Source: an uncultured candidate division Zixibacteria bacterium
GTDB taxonomy: Bacteria > Zixibacteria > MSB-5A5 > GN15 > FEB-12
NCBI GenBank assembly: GCA_963735035.1
Contig: CAVTJJ010000006.1
Span: forward strand, 256,001-320,000
Length of the DNA: 64,000 nucleotides
Reading direction: 5' to 3'
A program made the position numbers and the translations under genes. This document shows positions 51,571 through 62,265 of this stretch, piece after piece (the stretch's first letter is position 1; each line of letters starts with the position of its first letter). The notes beneath the pieces are model-generated. The model was given only the letters and a program-made list of their open reading frames with translations, did not search any database and was not told where the DNA came from.

Positions 51571-51717
51571 GTGGCAGGTCCTGCGACCCGCACCTGCGGG
51601 ACGTGTGACCTGCCACTATTGTCATCGATAGGCCGCCCCGCCAGCTACCGTCATCGCGAGGCCCGCTACGGCGCTACCGTCATCGCGAGGCCGCCTTTTG
51701 GCGGCCGTGGCGATCTC
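51571..51717. repeat. REP-like cluster
   Basis: GTGGCAGGTC...GTGTGACCTGCCAC; tandem GCTACCGTCATCGCGAGGCC twice. Confidence 0.65.
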
Positions 51718-51900
51718 ATTTCCGTGGGCGGCAGACCTCCTGGTCTGCCCCTTGGAGTGGGGAACGCGGGGCCCCTCGAACCTGATTCAAGATTATCATA
51801 GACGTGCCGAATTCTTCAAGAGGAGTATTCGTGTCCGGTGATCAGATCAAGAACGGAATCCTGGACAAGGCGCGAGTTGTATAACTGTCTGTAGGTTGCC

Positions 51901-52665
51901 ATGTCAAAGTATCTGCTGATTTCGATTCTAACGATGATACTGATTGTGGTAGCCTGTTCGGACGACAAAAAGCCCACCCAACCGACGCCTTCTCTTCCCG
52001 CCATCAGCGTCCAGGACGATACTGTGATCGAAGGTGGCACCGCTCTATTCGAGATCTCATTGAGCAAGGTGACCGATCACATAGTGACGTTTTCCTATGA
52101 AACATTGGACGGTACGGCCAAGGCCGGAACGGACTATACCGCCGCCGCCGGGAGTGATACTATCCCGATCGGTGATACTGCCGTGACTGTCCTGGTGTCC
52201 ACGATTGACGATGCCGTGTTGGAGACAGCCGAAACTTTTTCATTGCTGCTCAACGCCGTCGCCGGAGCCACCGTGGCCGATGGTATTGCGACCTGCACGA
52301 TCAACGACAATGAAACGGCTCAAGTGAGCTTTGCAACTCAGGTGCGGCCGCTGCTTCAAGGGAAGTGTGCCTGGCCCGGCCTCTGTCACGCCACTACAAG
52401 TCCGGGTGGCGAGTTGTATATCGATGCGGCCGTTACATACACCATCTTGCTTAACGCTACCGGCCTCAATACCCCTTCGCAGCCGGGCAGCCCCGACGGC
52501 AAAGTAATTCAGCCGGGAAATTCCGCGACGAGTACCCTCTATACCAAGACCACAAACAACATACCTTTCCCGTATCGTATGCCCAGAGATCCTCTGCCCT
52601 ACCTTAGCCAGGCGGAGCAGAACCTGCTACGTGATTGGATTGACCAGGGAGCCCTCGACAACTGA
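51901..52665 (+). CDS. Lipoprotein with Calx-beta domain and planctomycete-type cytochrome c-like domain
   Basis: Lipobox VVAC; DGTAKAGTDY...DDAVLETAETF...TINDNE; VSFATQVRPLL..KC.....CH...PGNS..S.LY...RMP...WIDQGA. Confidence 0.75.
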   Translation: MSKYLLISILTMILIVVACSDDKKPTQPTPSLPAISVQDDTVIEGGTALFEISLSKVTDHIVTFSYETLDGTAKAGTDYTAAAGSDTIPIGDTAVTVLVSTIDDAVLETAETFSLLLNAVAGATVADGIATCTINDNETAQVSFATQVRPLLQGKCAWPGLCHATTSPGGELYIDAAVTYTILLNATGLNTPSQPGSPDGKVIQPGNSATSTLYTKTTNNIPFPYRMPRDPLPYLSQAEQNLLRDWIDQGALDN

Positions 52666-52876
52666 GAAAGAGGCTGGTCGCAGCTTTCTTTTCTCGACCG
52701 GGCACAAACGTCTCGCCCCGACGTTATTCTTAGCGCCCGCAACGACTTAAAGGTATCTCCCGGTTGCTCGGCTCATCGGGATACTGCTTGCGTTGACGGC
52801 CAGCAACGGTTTCAAACTTGCATCAATCGCTTTGCTGAGGTATTATGTCCCCAGCATACGTTTGTTAGGAGAGCTC

Positions 52877-53350
52877 GTGGACCCGCGCATACTAGAGATT
52901 GTTTTCTGCCTCATGGACTACGTCCAGGATTCAGATGATGACATGGAGAACATGTCGGAGTATTCGTCTAGTCTGAAGAATCTCGGGTTCACCGACCAGG
53001 AGATTTCGACCGCCTACAACTGGATTTTGGGCCATACCGGCCTTCCGGCAGAAAACCTCTATACGATGATTCCGGAGCGGTCCGGATCCAACCGGATTCT
53101 GGCCGAGGCGGAACGGGCCCGTTTGTCATCCGAAGCCCACGGTTTTCTTCTCCGGCTTTTCAATCTGGGAATCCTGGACCAGGCTCAGTTCGAGGCGGTG
53201 CTCGATCGTCTGACTTTGTCGGGAAAGCGTCTGGTCACGCCCGAACAGGTTAAGTTGGTGGTGTCGGCGGTATTGTTTAACGAATTCGGTCGGAACGACC
53301 GCGATCTCTTGAGCGATTTCAGCTCCGACCCATCATCCAGCATCAATTAG
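52877..53350 (+). CDS. DUF494 / Smg family protein
   Basis: GGAG SD then GTG; LKNLGFTDQEISTAYNW; RILAEAER..LS.EAHGFL..L..LGIL. Confidence 0.8.
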   Translation: MDPRILEIVFCLMDYVQDSDDDMENMSEYSSSLKNLGFTDQEISTAYNWILGHTGLPAENLYTMIPERSGSNRILAEAERARLSSEAHGFLLRLFNLGILDQAQFEAVLDRLTLSGKRLVTPEQVKLVVSAVLFNEFGRNDRDLLSDFSSDPSSSIN

Positions 53351-53353
53351 ATC

Positions 53354-54591
53354 ATGTCTCTGAAGAATAAGAGAGTTCTCGTCGGGCTCACGGGGGGCAT
53401 CGCCTGTTACAAGGTGCCTTATCTTATTCGGAGTCTACGCAAAGCGGACGCCGAAGTCCGGGTAATCATGACCGATGCCGCTACCAAGTTCATTACGCCA
53501 CTCACGCTGGAGACTGTCTCCGGCAACCCGGTGGCGATAACGATGTTTCCCGAGGCGGAATTTGTCTCGACCCGTCACATCGATCTGGCCGAATGGCCTG
53601 AGCTTATAGTGATCGCTCCGGCGACCGCCAATTTCTTAGGTAAGATGGCCGCCGGAATCAGCGACGATCTCCTTACTACTATTGTTTGTGCCACCGAACG
53701 GCCTATTTTGATCGCCCCTGCCATGAACCCCGGCATGTGGAAACACGCCCCCACCCAGCGCAATGTCGCCTACCTCAAGGAGATCGGGGTCAAATTCATT
53801 GGTCCTGCTACCGGGGAAATGGCCTGCGATAGCTGGGGTGAAGGGCGGATGGTCGAGCCGGACCAGATCTATGACGCTGTTGCATCTCTCCTGGGCAGCG
53901 GCCAAAAAAAAAAGCAAAAGAAGCAACAAAAGCGCACACCGCCCCAAGAGCGCTGACCGGTAAGCGCATCCTCGTTACGGCCGGGCCCTGCCGCGAGCCG
54001 ATTGATCCTGTCAGATTCATCTCCAACCGTTCCTCCGGCAAAATGGGGTATGCTCTGGCCGAAGCGGCAGTATCGGCAGGCGCCGAAGTAGTCCTGGTTT
54101 CCGGCCCCACCTCGTTGACAGTCCCCGCAGGCGTCGAATTCATTGGCGTGGAGACCACTCGGGAGATGTATGATGCTGTGCGGAGCCGGTTTTGGCAGAT
54201 CGATTGTCTCATTATGGCCGCCGCTCCGGCAGATTTCACGCCCGCCACACCCAAGACACGCAAGATTAAGAAGGGGGAAGGCGGTCTCGATCTGGCTCTA
54301 AAGCCGACCATTGATATACTGGCCCGGCTGGGAGCGAAGAAGAAGCGTCAGGTGTTGGTCGGATTCGCGCTCGAAACTGACAACGGGGTGGCCAATGCCC
54401 GCCAGAAGCTGAAAGCCAAGAAGCTCGATCTGGTCGTTCTCAACTCGCCCCGTGACCCCAACTCCGCCTTTGACTTCGACACCAATCAGGTGACCATAAT
54501 TCGACCGGGGCACAAGCCGGATGCCTGGGCATTGATGTCGAAAAGTGAAGTCGCGACCAAATTGATTAATCTCGTCTCAGATCTGTTGTAG
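53354..54591 (+). CDS. coaBC: Bifunctional CoaBC, split by a -1 frame change at an A10 run
   Basis: CoaC: TGGIACYK, HIDLA, APATAN, PAMN. CoaB in the -1 frame: LTGKRILVTAGPCREPIDPVRFISNRSSGKMG, AAAPADF, VGFALET. Confidence 0.93.
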
Positions 54592-54655
54592 CGTCTGAAG
54601 GCTTGATATTCGATCCATCGTCAATTAACTTCCTTCACTTCTTGGAGTAGTTGGT

Positions 54656-55444
54656 ATGGACGGCAAGCCTGAGAACATTCTTGAGATGGTCCGCCGCGCG
54701 TTAGTCGCACAGGCGGAGCTCGGTATCGGTGAAATAGTGGTGAAGTCGGCGAACTCGGTCGAACCCAGGGCGGTTGCTAGACTGATTGCTGCGGGAGCGA
54801 GTGTCGTTCCGGCTGCTGTCGCGATAGATGTCGCGACGGCCGAGACTCTTGCTTCCCCTGATAGTTTTGGAGTGGAATTGGATTCTCAATTTGAGACATT
54901 GGATGCCCATCGCGCCGCAATTTGCGACTGTCAGCGTTGCACGCTGGGGAAAACGCGCAATAAATTCGTCTACGGCGTCGGCAATCCCAACGCGGAAATA
55001 CTATTTATCGGCGAAGCACCGGGAGCCGAGGAAGATCGTCTTGGCGATCCGTTTGTCGGCCGGGCCGGACAGCTTCTGGACAAGATCCTCGAGGCCATGA
55101 AACTCAGCCGACAGGAAGTCTATATCGCCAACATCTTGAAATGTCGCCCGCCTGGCAACCGCGACCCTGAGCCGCAGGAGATGGAGAAGTGTTTCCCGTA
55201 TCTTCGTGAACAGGTGCGGCTGGTCCATCCGAAATTACTCTGTGCGCTCGGTCGAATAGCTGCGCAGGCGTTGCTGCAGACAACCGCCCCGCTCGGCACG
55301 TTGCGAGGGACATGGCACACCTACGAGAACACTCCGCTGTTGGTGACGTATCATCCGGCGGCCCTGCTTCGGTTCCCCAAGTACAAGAAAGACACGTGGG
55401 AAGATATGCAGAAGCTGATGGCCCGCTATGAAAGCATGAAGTGA
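54656..55444 (+). CDS. Uracil-DNA glycosylase family 4 (Fe-S)
   Basis: [42 protein letters not shown]. Confidence 0.93.
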   Translation: MDGKPENILEMVRRALVAQAELGIGEIVVKSANSVEPRAVARLIAAGASVVPAAVAIDVATAETLASPDSFGVELDSQFETLDAHRAAICDCQRCTLGKTRNKFVYGVGNPNAEILFIGEAPGAEEDRLGDPFVGRAGQLLDKILEAMKLSRQEVYIANILKCRPPGNRDPEPQEMEKCFPYLREQVRLVHPKLLCALGRIAAQALLQTTAPLGTLRGTWHTYENTPLLVTYHPAALLRFPKYKKDTWEDMQKLMARYESMK

Positions 55445-55449
55445 ATTAG

Positions 55450-56889
55450 ATGGCCTACCAGCCTCAGACAGATAAACAAACCGACCGGCTTCAGCCGCCG
55501 CAGACAATCGACCTTGAGCAAGCAGTCCTCGGCGCGATTCTGAAAGATCCTGAAGCGCTTCCCCGGGTAATCGATGTCATCAAGGACCCGTCGGACTTCT
55601 ACGCCCCGAAGCATCAGATTATTTTCCAGGCGGCGGTCGATCTGTTTGAACGCGCTGAACCGGTCGATCTCACGATGGTGGTCAGCCGCCTTCAGGACAA
55701 AGGACAACTAGATAAGGTCGGAGGCCGTGTTTATCTAGTGGAGTTAGTCGAGCAGGTCGCCTCGACTGGCAACGTTGCGTCGTATGCGAGCAAGATTCTC
55801 GAGAAAGCGATACTTCGTCGACTGATTGCTACATCCAACGAAATTCTTCGCTCCTGTTACGACACCGACATGCAGTCTGATGAATTGTTGGACCAAGCCG
55901 AAGCCAATATCTTCAACATTTCCGAGAGCCGCATTCGCCAGGGATTTGTGTCGATGAGGGACTTGGCGCACGATGTAATCAAAGACATCGATGCTATGCA
56001 GGCCGACGACAAGCCAGTAAGTGGCGTGAGAACGGGATTCTATGATCTGGATGAAATGACCCTTGGCTTTCATCCCGGAGACCTGATCATTATTGCAGGT
56101 CGTCCGTCTATGGGCAAGACCGCTCTCGCTATGAATATCGCAGAAAACGTCGCTACTGATACAAAACAGAAGAAGACCGTAGGCATCTTCTCAATTGAAA
56201 TGTCGAAGGAAGCCTTGGTGATGAGAATGTTGTGTTCTCTCGCCGGACTTAATCAGCATACCATACGATCTCGGAAACTCACTAATGCAGAGTGGAATAA
56301 GTTGACCAATGCCGGAAGCGCACTCCAAAAGGCTTCGATGTTTGTGGACGATTCGGCGGTGCTGAGTCCGCTAGATCTTCGAGCCAAGGCTAGGAGACTG
56401 AAGGCGCAGTTTGGCCTAGATTTGGTCATAGTTGACTACATACAATTGATGCACTCAACGTCAAGGGTAGAGAATCGACAGCAAGAAATATCTCTCATAT
56501 CGAGAAGCCTTAAGTCGCTGGCAAAGGAGCTTCATATTCCGGTAGTAGCACTTTCGCAATTATCTCGTGCAGTTGAACAACGGGGCGGTGAGAAGCGTCC
56601 CCAATTGGCAGATTTGCGTGAATCAGGTGCTATTGAGCAGGACGCTGATCTTGTGCTAATGCTGTATCGTCCTGAGGCCTACATGTCGGCTGATGAGCGC
56701 AAGGATGTCAAGCAATTACAGAAGATAGGCAAAGCGGAAATCATTCTCGCCAAACAGCGCAATGGACCTACTGGGACAGTAGAGCTTCAGTTCGAAAGCA
56801 ATCTTGCCAAGTTCCACAATTTGGAGAGGCAACACCGCGATTTGCCCCCCGGAGTCGCTCCGATTGACGATAGTATTCATCAACTCTAG
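55450..56889 (+). CDS. dnaB: Replicative DNA helicase
   Basis: PPQTIDLEQAVLG; AGRPSMGKT; VDYIQL; ALSQLSR; DLRESGAIEQDAD; AKQRNGPTG. Confidence 0.97.
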   Translation: MAYQPQTDKQTDRLQPPQTIDLEQAVLGAILKDPEALPRVIDVIKDPSDFYAPKHQIIFQAAVDLFERAEPVDLTMVVSRLQDKGQLDKVGGRVYLVELVEQVASTGNVASYASKILEKAILRRLIATSNEILRSCYDTDMQSDELLDQAEANIFNISESRIRQGFVSMRDLAHDVIKDIDAMQADDKPVSGVRTGFYDLDEMTLGFHPGDLIIIAGRPSMGKTALAMNIAENVATDTKQKKTVGIFSIEMSKEALVMRMLCSLAGLNQHTIRSRKLTNAEWNKLTNAGSALQKASMFVDDSAVLSPLDLRAKARRLKAQFGLDLVIVDYIQLMHSTSRVENRQQEISLISRSLKSLAKELHIPVVALSQLSRAVEQRGGEKRPQLADLRESGAIEQDADLVLMLYRPEAYMSADERKDVKQLQKIGKAEIILAKQRNGPTGTVELQFESNLAKFHNLERQHRDLPPGVAPIDDSIHQL

Positions 56890-58254
56890 ATGGTATCGCC
56901 TAAGAAAACCAAGACCGCCTTTTTCTGCAGCCAGTGTGGGGCGGAACATCCGCGCTGGCAGGGGCAGTGCCGCGAATGCAGCGCCTGGAACAGCCTCATA
57001 GAAGAGCGCGTGCCCGATAAGAAAAAAGCGGCGGCGCGCCCGGGTTCGATTCACAAACAGACCATAGCTCAGATATCGCAGGAAAAGCTAACCGGATATC
57101 AATCGGGGATAGGCGAGTTCGATCGTGTGCTCGGTGGGCAGTTGCTCCCCGGCATGACAGTCTTGCTCGGCGGCGATCCGGGCATCGGCAAATCGACACT
57201 GGTGCTGCAGGCGGCGGAAGGATACGCCCGTCAGGGGCTCGATGTGCTCTATGTCACGGGCGAGGAATCACTGCCGCAGATAAAGATGCGCTCTAATCGT
57301 CTGAATGTAAGTGGCGAGCGAATTACTGTAGCCAACTGTACCGATCTCGAAGAAATCATCGGCGCTGTTTCCGACGAGGGCATTGCGGTTGTCATCGTAG
57401 ACTCGATCCAGACGGTCAGTTCGGCGCAGTTCGATTCTCCCCCAGGGACAGTCGGTCAGGTGCGCGAGGCGGCCAATCAACTGGTCACGCTCGCCAAAGC
57501 GCGCGGTTTTGCGTTGTTCCTGATCGGCCATGTTACGAAAGAGGGGATGGTCGCCGGACCGAAAGTGCTCGAGCATATTGTCGATACGGTCGTGTATTTC
57601 GAAGGTGATTCGTCTCGGCTTTACCGCGTCCTGCGCGCCACGAAGAATCGTTTCGGCTCGGTAGCGGAAATCGGCTTGTTCGAGATGAAATCGGACGGAC
57701 TCGCCGAGGTGGTCAATCCGTCGGCGTTTTTCCTCAGCGGCGATCCTCACACGGCACGGGCCGGGGCGGTAGTCGCGGGAGTGTGCGACGGGGACCGTCC
57801 GCTGCTGGTCGAAGTTCAGGCTCTTGTCACACCTGCTACTTACGGCAACCCCCAGCGGGTAGCCGGCGGGATCGACCACCGCAAGCTCGCCCTGTTGTTG
57901 GCAATTCTCGAAAAACGGTGTGGCTATCCGATGGCCACTCACGATGTATTCGTGTCGGTGGCCGGTGGCTTGCGACTGACCGAGCCGGGGCTCGATCTGG
58001 CCATCCTGACTGCGATAGCCTCGTCGCTGACAAACAAACCGGTCTCATCGGAGACGCTCGTGATCGGCGAAGTCGGTCTGTCGGGCGAGGTGCGGGCGGT
58101 GGTGAATGCCGACCGACTCGTATCCGAGGCGGGCAAGCTCGGTTTCAAGTGTGTCGTTCTGCCGGAGAGCAACCGGCCGCATGTGTCATCGGACAATCCT
58201 GAACTGGTGACAGTTCGTGACCTTCAATCGGCGCTGGATAGAATCCTTGGCTGA
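56890..58254 (+). CDS. radA: DNA repair protein RadA/Sms
   Basis: CSQCG...WQGQC..C zinc finger; GDPGIGKSTL; KNRFG; GEVGLSGEVR. Confidence 0.97.
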   Translation: MVSPKKTKTAFFCSQCGAEHPRWQGQCRECSAWNSLIEERVPDKKKAAARPGSIHKQTIAQISQEKLTGYQSGIGEFDRVLGGQLLPGMTVLLGGDPGIGKSTLVLQAAEGYARQGLDVLYVTGEESLPQIKMRSNRLNVSGERITVANCTDLEEIIGAVSDEGIAVVIVDSIQTVSSAQFDSPPGTVGQVREAANQLVTLAKARGFALFLIGHVTKEGMVAGPKVLEHIVDTVVYFEGDSSRLYRVLRATKNRFGSVAEIGLFEMKSDGLAEVVNPSAFFLSGDPHTARAGAVVAGVCDGDRPLLVEVQALVTPATYGNPQRVAGGIDHRKLALLLAILEKRCGYPMATHDVFVSVAGGLRLTEPGLDLAILTAIASSLTNKPVSSETLVIGEVGLSGEVRAVVNADRLVSEAGKLGFKCVVLPESNRPHVSSDNPELVTVRDLQSALDRILG

Positions 58255-59384
58255 TCAGGCTATATATACTCATAAGGTCGTCCGACTCCCGCGCACGCCG
58301 CGGCCAAGTGACGGTCGCCCACGGGACGTTTCAAACCCCCGCCTTCATGCCGGTGGGGACTGCCGCCGCTGTCAAGGCGCTCACCTGCGAGCAACTGGAA
58401 GAGTGCGGCGTCGAAATTGTCCTCAGCAACACCTATCATCTGTATCTCCGGCCCGGTCACGAAGTGATCCGCGCCCAGGGCGGTCTGGCGTCATTCAGTG
58501 GCTGGCGCAAGCCGACTTTGACCGATTCGGGCGGCTATCAGGTCTTCTCGCTGAAAGACATCAGCAAGATCAGTGACGACGGCGTTGAGTTCCAGTCGCA
58601 CATCGACGGTTCGCGGCACATGTTTACCCCGGAGCGCGTGATGGAGATCGAGCACGCTATCGGCGCCGATATCATCATGGCGTTCGACCAGTGCGTGCCG
58701 TACCCGGCAGATGAAGAGACGGCTGCGGATGGTGTCCGTCGCACCCATGACTGGGCGATCCGGTGCAAGAAGCGGTTCGAGCAGTTGACTAGGTGCTGAA
58801 GACCCGCTCAAAGCGACAAGCGCCTGTTCGGAATCGTGCAGGGTTCGACCTACAAGAACCTTCGTACTCTGTCGGCGGAACAGATTGTGGGTGTGGGTTT
58901 CGATGGCTACGCTATTGGCGGCCTCTCGGTAGGGGAGAGCAAGGCCGAGATGGAAGACATGCTCGCTCACACGATCGAGTATCTTCCGTCAGACCGACCG
59001 CGCTACCTGATGGGTGTGGGTTATCCCGAAGACATCCTGATGGCGGTTTCGTACGGCGTGGATATGTTCGACTGCGTGCTGCCGACCCGCAATGCCCGCA
59101 CCGGGAGCGTGTTCACGTCGACCGGCCCATTGGTATATCGCAACGCCGAATATGCCCAGGATGAACGCCCACTCGATCCGAATTGTGACTGTGTAGTCTG
59201 TCGTCGTTACAGTCGCGCGTACCTGCGGCATCTCTTCAATCAATCCGAGATTACCGGGCTGACTCTGGCCAGCTATCATTCGACCTATTTCTATCAGAAG
59301 TTGATGTTGGAGATACGGGCGTCAATCGAAGCCGGACGCTTTGCGACCTACCGGAAAGAGTTCTTAGCTCGCTATCAGGGGTAA
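58247..59384 (+). CDS. tgt: tRNA-guanine transglycosylase (frameshifts near 58280 and 58790-58825)
   Basis: TPAFMPVGT; NTYHLYLRPG; TDSGGYQVFSL; LFGIVQG; PRYLMGVG; DMFDCVLPTRNAR; CDCVVC. Confidence 0.92.
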
Positions 59385-59388
59385 TTAG

Positions 59389-59637
59389 CGTTGCGTCAGA
59401 GCCTGCCCCCGACCAGATCGGGGGTCTTGCCCCCGGTCCGCCGGAGGTCCCAATGGTTGCGTCAGGTCTTGCTCCAGAGCCTGCCAGATGTCGATAATCG
59501 TTGCGTCAGGTCTTGCCCCCGGTCCGCCGGAGGCGGAGCGGGGGTGTGACCTGACGCATTGAGACGAGCGTAGCAGCACGCGTCAGGTCACACTCGTCTG
59601 TCCGCTGGTGCGGCCAGCCGAGCAGGACCTGACGCAT
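59389..59637. repeat. REP-like array between convergent genes
   Basis: Several GTTGCGTCAGGTC starts; two full ...GACCTGACGCA elements; duplicated GGTCTTGCCCCCGGTCCGCCGGAGG. Confidence 0.8.
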
Positions 59638-59665
59638 CTTTCGCGCAACCACTCCCAACAATCAT

Positions 59666-60274
59666 CTATATCCTGAACAGATACCCGAGAGTAATCCGAA
59701 ACGTCCCCGTGTGCGTGGCCTCATACGAGCGGGTTTCGCCGCCGTTCTCAGTGCGACTGGTCTTCTTGAACTCGGGTGAGACTTCGCTTACGGCAAGCTC
59801 CAAGGAATACGATCGATGGTATCGCAGTCCGAGAATCAGTCGATACCCCCAGGCCTGCTGAAGATCAACTTGCGTGATTCCATCGTAGAAGTTCAGCGAG
59901 TCTGCCGTCTCTCTAAATGGCGAAAAGGAATGAGTGGCCAGGAAGCCTCCGGCTCCCACGTATCCCGTGAGGTGATTGGTGCCGCGATAGTAGATGGCGT
60001 CCCCACCCACGGTCATTGACCAGAGGCGACCTTTGGGAAACAGGTTTGATCTTGTGTGTCCGTAGGCGAGATCAACCGTACCACGAATCATGAACGGATG
60101 AATAACGAGTACCTCAACGTTACCGGACATCATAGGTCCGACTGAGATGATACCATTCGGGCCGCTCACGCCGGCGGTGAAATGGAGGTTGATCGGCGCC
60201 AGCGTATCCTCGGTGATCGGATTAAGCGGTGCGAGAGGCAAACAGAGCCAGGTTGTCAGCAATAGTGCATGCAT
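59666..60274 (-). CDS. Putative outer-membrane beta-barrel protein
   Basis: Signal-like N-terminus; alternating beta strands (GYVGAG, LILGLRY); ends ITLGYLFRI. Confidence 0.6.
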   Translation of the reverse strand: MHALLLTTWLCLPLAPLNPITEDTLAPINLHFTAGVSGPNGIISVGPMMSGNVEVLVIHPFMIRGTVDLAYGHTRSNLFPKGRLWSMTVGGDAIYYRGTNHLTGYVGAGGFLATHSFSPFRETADSLNFYDGITQVDLQQAWGYRLILGLRYHRSYSLELAVSEVSPEFKKTSRTENGGETRSYEATHTGTFRITLGYLFRI

Positions 60275-60486
60275 AGATCAGCCAAAATAAGGCGTTTATC
60301 ATAAAGACGTCAGTCGGAACCGAAAGGTCAAACAATTCTCGCATCATTGCGGATAACATAGGTTGAGGGGCTCCAAGTTGTCGAGTTGGTCGCGTCGCAT
60401 CTGCGAATTAGGGGCAAGTCGCCGTGACGCAATGTAACTCGTTGCGGCGCAATGCGCAAAACCGAGCAGGGAATTGGAAGAATGGG

Positions 60487-60551
60487 TTGACTCCCAACCC
60501 TAAATAGGTATATTGCCCGACTCTGATAAACGGCTGTGAATAAATTCACAA
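60487..60551 (+). promoter_or_regulatory. Promoter plus Rex-like operator
   Basis: TTGACT-16-TATATT, then CTGTGAATAAATTCACAA at 60534-60551. Confidence 0.65.
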
Positions 60552-60599
60552 CCAGTGGACGATGTGTAAACGAACCTTTTGGTATAACTGGAGTTGGTC

Positions 60600-62093
60600 A
60601 TGGCTGACAATGTATACAAGAATTTCATAAACGGCGAATGGGTAGCGTCGCGCTCCGGACAAACCTTTGAGAATCGCAACCCCGCCGACACCAGCGAAGT
60701 GGTCGGTGTCTTTCAGAAATCAAACGCTGAAGATGTAAAGGCCGCCGTCGACGCCGCCGCCGAGGCCTACAAGAAATGGCGGCTGGTTCCCGCGCCGAAG
60801 CGGGGCGAAATACTCTACCGTGTGGCAACCCGACTTCTGGCCGAGAAAGAAAGATGCTCCAGCGACATGACCCGCGAAATGGGGAAGGTCATCTCCGAGA
60901 CTCGCGGCGACGTCCAGGAAGCTATCGACATGACCTTCTACATGGCCGGCGAGGGACGTCGCTTGTTCGGCATGACGACCCCGTCCGAGCTGCCCAACAA
61001 ATACGCGATGACCATGCGCCAGCCGCTCGGCGTCTGCGGGTTCATCACGCCGTGGAATTTCCCGATGGCGATTCCGTCGTGGAAGATGATGCCCGCTCTG
61101 ATCTGCGGTAACACCGTGGTCATCAAACCCGCCACGGATACGCCGTTATCGGTCGTGAATCTGGTGAAGGTCTTGCACGAGGAAGGTATCCCTGCCGGCG
61201 TCGTTAACATGGTGACCGGCACCGGTTCGGCGGTAGGTCAACCGCTTATCGAAGATGATCGCGTGAAAGTAATTTCGTTTACCGGCTCCACTGATGTGGG
61301 CCGCCGCGTCTCTGTCTCCTGCGCACCGAAGTTCAAGCATTGCTGTCTCGAAATGGGCGGGAAGAATGTTCAGATCATCATGGATGACGCCGATATCGAT
61401 CTGGCGGTCGAAGGAGCACTGTGGGGCGCTTTCGGCACGACCGGCCAGCGTTGCACCGCGACGAGCCGTCTGATCTGCCACAAGAGCGTGTATGACGAAG
61501 TAGTCAAGAAGATGGCCGACCGGGCATCGAAGCTCAAAGTCGGCAACGGGCTCGATCCGGCCTCACAGATGGGGCCGTGTGTCAACGCCGATCAGCTCAA
61601 GACCGTGCTGGAATATGTCGAGATCGGCAAGAACCAGGACAAGGCGCGGCTGGTGTGTGGCGGTCAGCGTTTGACCGGTGGCGCTTATGACAAAGGGTAC
61701 TTCGTCCAGCCGACCATATTCGCCGACGTCACCCAGAAGATGCGGCTCTGGCGTGAAGAGATCTTTGGCCCGGTGCTTTCCATCGGCCGCTTCGACACTT
61801 TCGACCAGGCTATCGAGATGGCCAACGACACGATCTACGGTTTGTCGGCCTCAATGTACACGCGAAATATCAACCGGGCTTACACCGCGATGCGTGACGT
61901 GTACACCGGCATATTCTACATCAACGCCCCGACTATCGGCGCCGAGACTCACCTGCCGTTTGGCGGCACGAAAGAAACCGGCAACGGTCACCGCGAGGCG
62001 GCGACGGCGGCGCTCGATGTGTTCAGCGAGTGGAAATCGGTCTATGTCGATTTCTCCGGCGGGCTTCAACGCGCCCAGATCGACAATCAGTAA
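60600..62093 (+). CDS. NAD(P)-dependent aldehyde dehydrogenase
   Basis: ITPWNFP; SFTGST; LEMGGKN; GQRCTA; EEIFGP; PFGG. Confidence 0.95.
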   Translation: MADNVYKNFINGEWVASRSGQTFENRNPADTSEVVGVFQKSNAEDVKAAVDAAAEAYKKWRLVPAPKRGEILYRVATRLLAEKERCSSDMTREMGKVISETRGDVQEAIDMTFYMAGEGRRLFGMTTPSELPNKYAMTMRQPLGVCGFITPWNFPMAIPSWKMMPALICGNTVVIKPATDTPLSVVNLVKVLHEEGIPAGVVNMVTGTGSAVGQPLIEDDRVKVISFTGSTDVGRRVSVSCAPKFKHCCLEMGGKNVQIIMDDADIDLAVEGALWGAFGTTGQRCTATSRLICHKSVYDEVVKKMADRASKLKVGNGLDPASQMGPCVNADQLKTVLEYVEIGKNQDKARLVCGGQRLTGGAYDKGYFVQPTIFADVTQKMRLWREEIFGPVLSIGRFDTFDQAIEMANDTIYGLSASMYTRNINRAYTAMRDVYTGIFYINAPTIGAETHLPFGGTKETGNGHREAATAALDVFSEWKSVYVDFSGGLQRAQIDNQ

Positions 62094-62265
62094 ACAGGGT
62101 AATTCGCTTTGATGCACAGCAAGTACATATTCGAAGCGCGGATCGGACATCTACCGATGTATCTGATTCTGTTCATCTGGATGGCGTCATCCATATGACT
62201 CCCACGGCTCGTTCACGGGATGATGTGTACTTGAAGTTGAACCGAATCAGTTAGGAGATGTTGAC

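Noticed and set aside
55450..56889. Intein in DnaB
   Set aside because: Normal length (479 aa) with contiguous helicase motifs.
58780..58830. TGA in tgt (or at the end of coaC) as a selenocysteine codon
   Set aside because: Homology resumes in a different frame, so readthrough would not restore the protein.
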